Below are positions 5,807 through 7,603 of a stretch of 7,603 bases of DNA, in pieces (within the stretch, counting starts at the first letter, position 1; each line of letters begins with the position of its first letter). A model generated the notes under the pieces. The model was not told the origin of the DNA. It searched no databases and saw only the letters and a list, made by a program, of their open reading frames with translations. The translations under genes were made by a program, and so were the position numbers. The stretch spans positions 1 through 7,603 of IMG/VR virus record IMGVR_UViG_2663763286_000014; one strand, given 5' to 3'. Source of the stretch: a virus. Taxonomy: Duplodnaviria; Heunggongvirae; Uroviricota; Caudoviricetes.

Positions 5807-6358
5807 GTGGGTAAGCATCACTGGAAAGTAGAAAAACAGCCTGAGTGGTACGTGAAAGCTGTCAGAAAAACTATCGCGGCGTTGCCGGGTGGTTACGCTG
5901 AAGCAGCTGAGTGGCTGGATGTAACAGAGAACGCTTTATTCAACCGCCTTCGTGCCGATGGTGATCAGTTTTTTCCGTTGGGATGGGCAATGGTTTTACA
6001 GCGTGCGGCTAGTACACATTACATTGCGGATGCTGTCGCACAGTCTGCTGGTGGGGTGTTTGTATCACTTCCTGAAATTGAGGAAGTAGAGAACGCTGAT
6101 ATCAACCAACGTCTACTGGAAGTCATTGAACAGATCGGGAGTTACTCAAAGCAGATTCGTTCGGCAATCGAAGATGGGGTAGTGGAGCCACATGAACAGA
6201 CAGCAATTAATGATGAGTTGTATCTGTCAATTTCGAAGCTCCAGGAGCATGCAGCACTGTTCTACAAAATCTTCTGCGCTTCAGAAAAGAGTGACGCCCG
6301 CGAGTGTGCAGCTCCGGGCGTCGTGGCGTTTTGTGTCCGTGGAGAAACTAACGCATGA
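5807..6358 (+). CDS. CII-like phage regulatory protein (CP76/YmfL-like); 183 aa from GTG 5807, or 194 aa if started at ATG 5774
   Basis: GTG at 5807 has a strong SD AAGGAG (6-nt spacer); the ATG at 5774 lies inside the cro-like gene's 3' end and has no SD. The stop TGA (6356-6358) overlaps the next gene's ATG (6355-6357), an ATGA coupling. Confidence 0.8.
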   Translation: MGKHHWKVEKQPEWYVKAVRKTIAALPGGYAEAAEWLDVTENALFNRLRADGDQFFPLGWAMVLQRAASTHYIADAVAQSAGGVFVSLPEIEEVENADINQRLLEVIEQIGSYSKQIRSAIEDGVVEPHEQTAINDELYLSISKLQEHAALFYKIFCASEKSDARECAAPGVVAFCVRGETNA

Positions 6359-6693
6359 ACAGTTTAACAACACTCTACCGTCGTTCGCAACTGATTGCGC
6401 TTCCTGTACCGGGTGGAAAAGCGAAGGTGGAGTATTGCTATGCAGTGAATGTACCAGGTGACAGGGAAATTGTAACCCACAGCTTTGCAGAGTGGGCTGT
6501 GGGTGATTTCAACCGGCAGAAGGAGACAGTCCTTTGCGACAAGTTAACCGCTGGTTCAAAGATCACTACGGAGTGCCCGTCAGAGTCATTCGTTGGGAGC
6601 CGGAAACACAACGGGTTATCTACCTCCGTGAAGGCTATGAACATGAATGCTTCAGTCCGCTCGAACAGTTTCGTCGTAAATTCAGGGAAATAG
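6355..6693 (+). CDS. ymfM: YmfM-like protein (112 aa); e14 YmfM has been reported as an SOS-inducible cell-division inhibitor
   Basis: ATGA-coupled to the upstream gene and ends 9 nt before the O-like gene's RBS; length matches e14 YmfM as I recall it (112 aa). The N-terminal half is protein-like; the C-terminal half is Ser/Asn-rich low complexity and is overlapped by an alternative-frame ORF. Symbol from memory and context, tentative. Confidence 0.6.
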   Translation: MNSLTTLYRRSQLIALPVPGGKAKVEYCYAVNVPGDREIVTHSFAEWAVGDFNRQKETVLCDKLTAGSKITTECPSESFVGSRKHNGLSTSVKAMNMNASVRSNSFVVNSGK

Positions 6694-6702
6694 AGGTCGG
6701 TC

Positions 6703-7603
6703 ATGAGCCTGTTAATGACATCCCAGCCCATTGTGATAAATCGTGATCTTGCATGCCGTATTGGTCTGAATGAGGCAATTGTGTTGCAGCAGCTTCATTA
6801 CTGGCTGAATGAAACGAATTCAGGCACTGAGCATGGCGGAATTCGCTGGGTTTATAACACGACAGAACAGTGGCTGGAGCAGTTTCCGTTCTGGTCAGAG
6901 TCCACTCTGAAACGCACATTTGCAAGCCTGAAATCACTTGGGGTTTTGCGTCGCGAGCAACTCAATAAATCGAAGCGTGACATGACCAATTTCTACACGA
7001 TCAACTATGAAAGTGAGCTTTTAGAAGAGGTCAAAGTGAACGAATCCATCAGGTCAAAATGCACTTCTCCATCGGGTCAAAGTGACCTGATGGATGGGCG
7101 CAAAATGACACGATCCATTGGTTCAAAACGACACGCTGTCATCGGGTCAAAATGGCCCAATGATCTTACAGAGAATACAACAGAGATTACTACAGAGAAT
7201 AAAACCTCTTCTCGTCCGGACGCTTCGCAACCGGACACGCAAACGGCTGAACAGGAGTTTTTAACTCGCCATCCTGATGCGGTTGTATTCAGCCCTAAAA
7301 AGCGCCAGTGGGGAACGCAGGATGATTTGACCTGCGCACAGTGGCTCTGGAAAAAAATCATCGCCCTGTACGAGCAGGCCGCCGAATGTGACGGCGAGGT
7401 GGTTCGTCCCAAAGAACCGAACTGGACAGCCTGGGCAAACGAAATTCGCCTGATGTGTGTGCAGGATGGTCGTACCCACAAACAAATCTGCGAGATGTAC
7501 AGCCGCGTCAGCCGCGATCCGTTCTGGTGCCGTAACGTGCTCAGCCCGTCGAAGTTGCGGGAAAAATGGGATGAGCTTTCCCTGCGCTTATCGCCGTCCG
7601 TCA
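6703..7603 (+). CDS. Lambda-O-like replication initiation protein (replisome organiser), 5' partial; runs off the window end
   Basis: ATG at 6703 with GAGG 6 nt upstream; open frame to 7603 with no stop (checked codon by codon). N-terminal domain MSLLMTSQPIVINRDLACRIGLNEAIVLQQLHYWLNETNSG...WSESTLKRTFASLKSLGVLRREQ is typical of phage replication-initiator N-terminal domains. Origin iterons and an AT-rich tract are embedded in the linker, as in lambda O. Confidence 0.85.
   Translation, partial: MSLLMTSQPIVINRDLACRIGLNEAIVLQQLHYWLNETNSGTEHGGIRWVYNTTEQWLEQFPFWSESTLKRTFASLKSLGVLRREQLNKSKRDMTNFYTINYESELLEEVKVNESIRSKCTSPSGQSDLMDGRKMTRSIGSKRHAVIGSKWPNDLTENTTEITTENKTSSRPDASQPDTQTAEQEFLTRHPDAVVFSPKKRQWGTQDDLTCAQWLWKKIIALYEQAAECDGEVVRPKEPNWTAWANEIRLMCVQDGRTHKQICEMYSRVSRDPFWCRNVLSPSKLREKWDELSLRLSPSV
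7028..7158 (+). repeat. Replication-origin iterons (4-5 copies, core GGTCAAARTG) inside the O-like gene
   Basis: TCCATCAGGTCAAAATGCAC (7045-7064), TCCATCGGGTCAAAGTGACC (7068-7087), TCCATTGGTTCAAAACGACAC (7114-7134), GTCATCGGGTCAAAATGGCCC (7138-7158), plus a partial copy AGAGGTCAAAGTGAACG at 7027-7043. Followed by an AT-rich tract with ACAGAGAAT/ACAGAGATT repeats (7162-7205). Confidence 0.6.

Noticed and set aside
6192-7485. ORFs 6192-6461 (+), 6438-6731 (-), 6701-6937 (-), 7077-7481 (-), 7261-7485 (-)
   Set aside because: Out-of-frame or antisense overlaps with the CII-like, YmfM-like and O-like genes; Cys/Ser/Arg-rich translations with no RBS.

Overview
The window reads as the early/immunity region of a lambdoid prophage from an enterobacterium (E. 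coli-like), with an IS3-family insertion sequence at its left edge. No tRNA, rRNA or CRISPR array was found. All homology statements are from memory and sequence reading, not from a search. Layout, left to right: (1) 1-381 is the left end of an IS629/IS1203-like IS3-family element (OrfA on the minus strand, terminal inverted repeat ending at 381), which has inserted into and truncated the 3' end of a phage gene (382-806). (2) 815-3480 is a tightly packed leftward operon: a secreted Ala-rich protein, a 116-aa protein, an HD-domain phosphohydrolase (YfdR-like, 178 aa), a 274-aa YfdQ-like protein and a 120-aa YfdP-like protein, resembling the CPS-53 yfdP-yfdS block. (3) 3481-3917 is a GC-rich non-coding island of about 440 bp with long perfect inverted repeats, which I consider the most unusual element here. 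(4) 3918-4356 holds a convergent, overlapping pair of small genes. (5) 4472-5535 is the immunity region: a near-consensus leftward pL-like promoter, a CI-like repressor (HTH plus S24 autopeptidase, 4712-5398) and a rightward pR-like promoter, with two operator-like elements shared between the left and right operator regions. (6) 5536-7603 is the rightward operon: a Cro-like protein, a CII/YmfL-like protein, a YmfM-like 112-aa protein, and the 5' part of a lambda-O-like replication initiator carrying origin iterons and an AT-rich tract; this arm resembles the e14 cro-ymfL-ymfM-O block. I did not find a clearly novel multi-gene system; the best candidates for follow-up are the structured non-coding island, the HD-domain cassette and the overlapping-frame ORF in the ymfM region.
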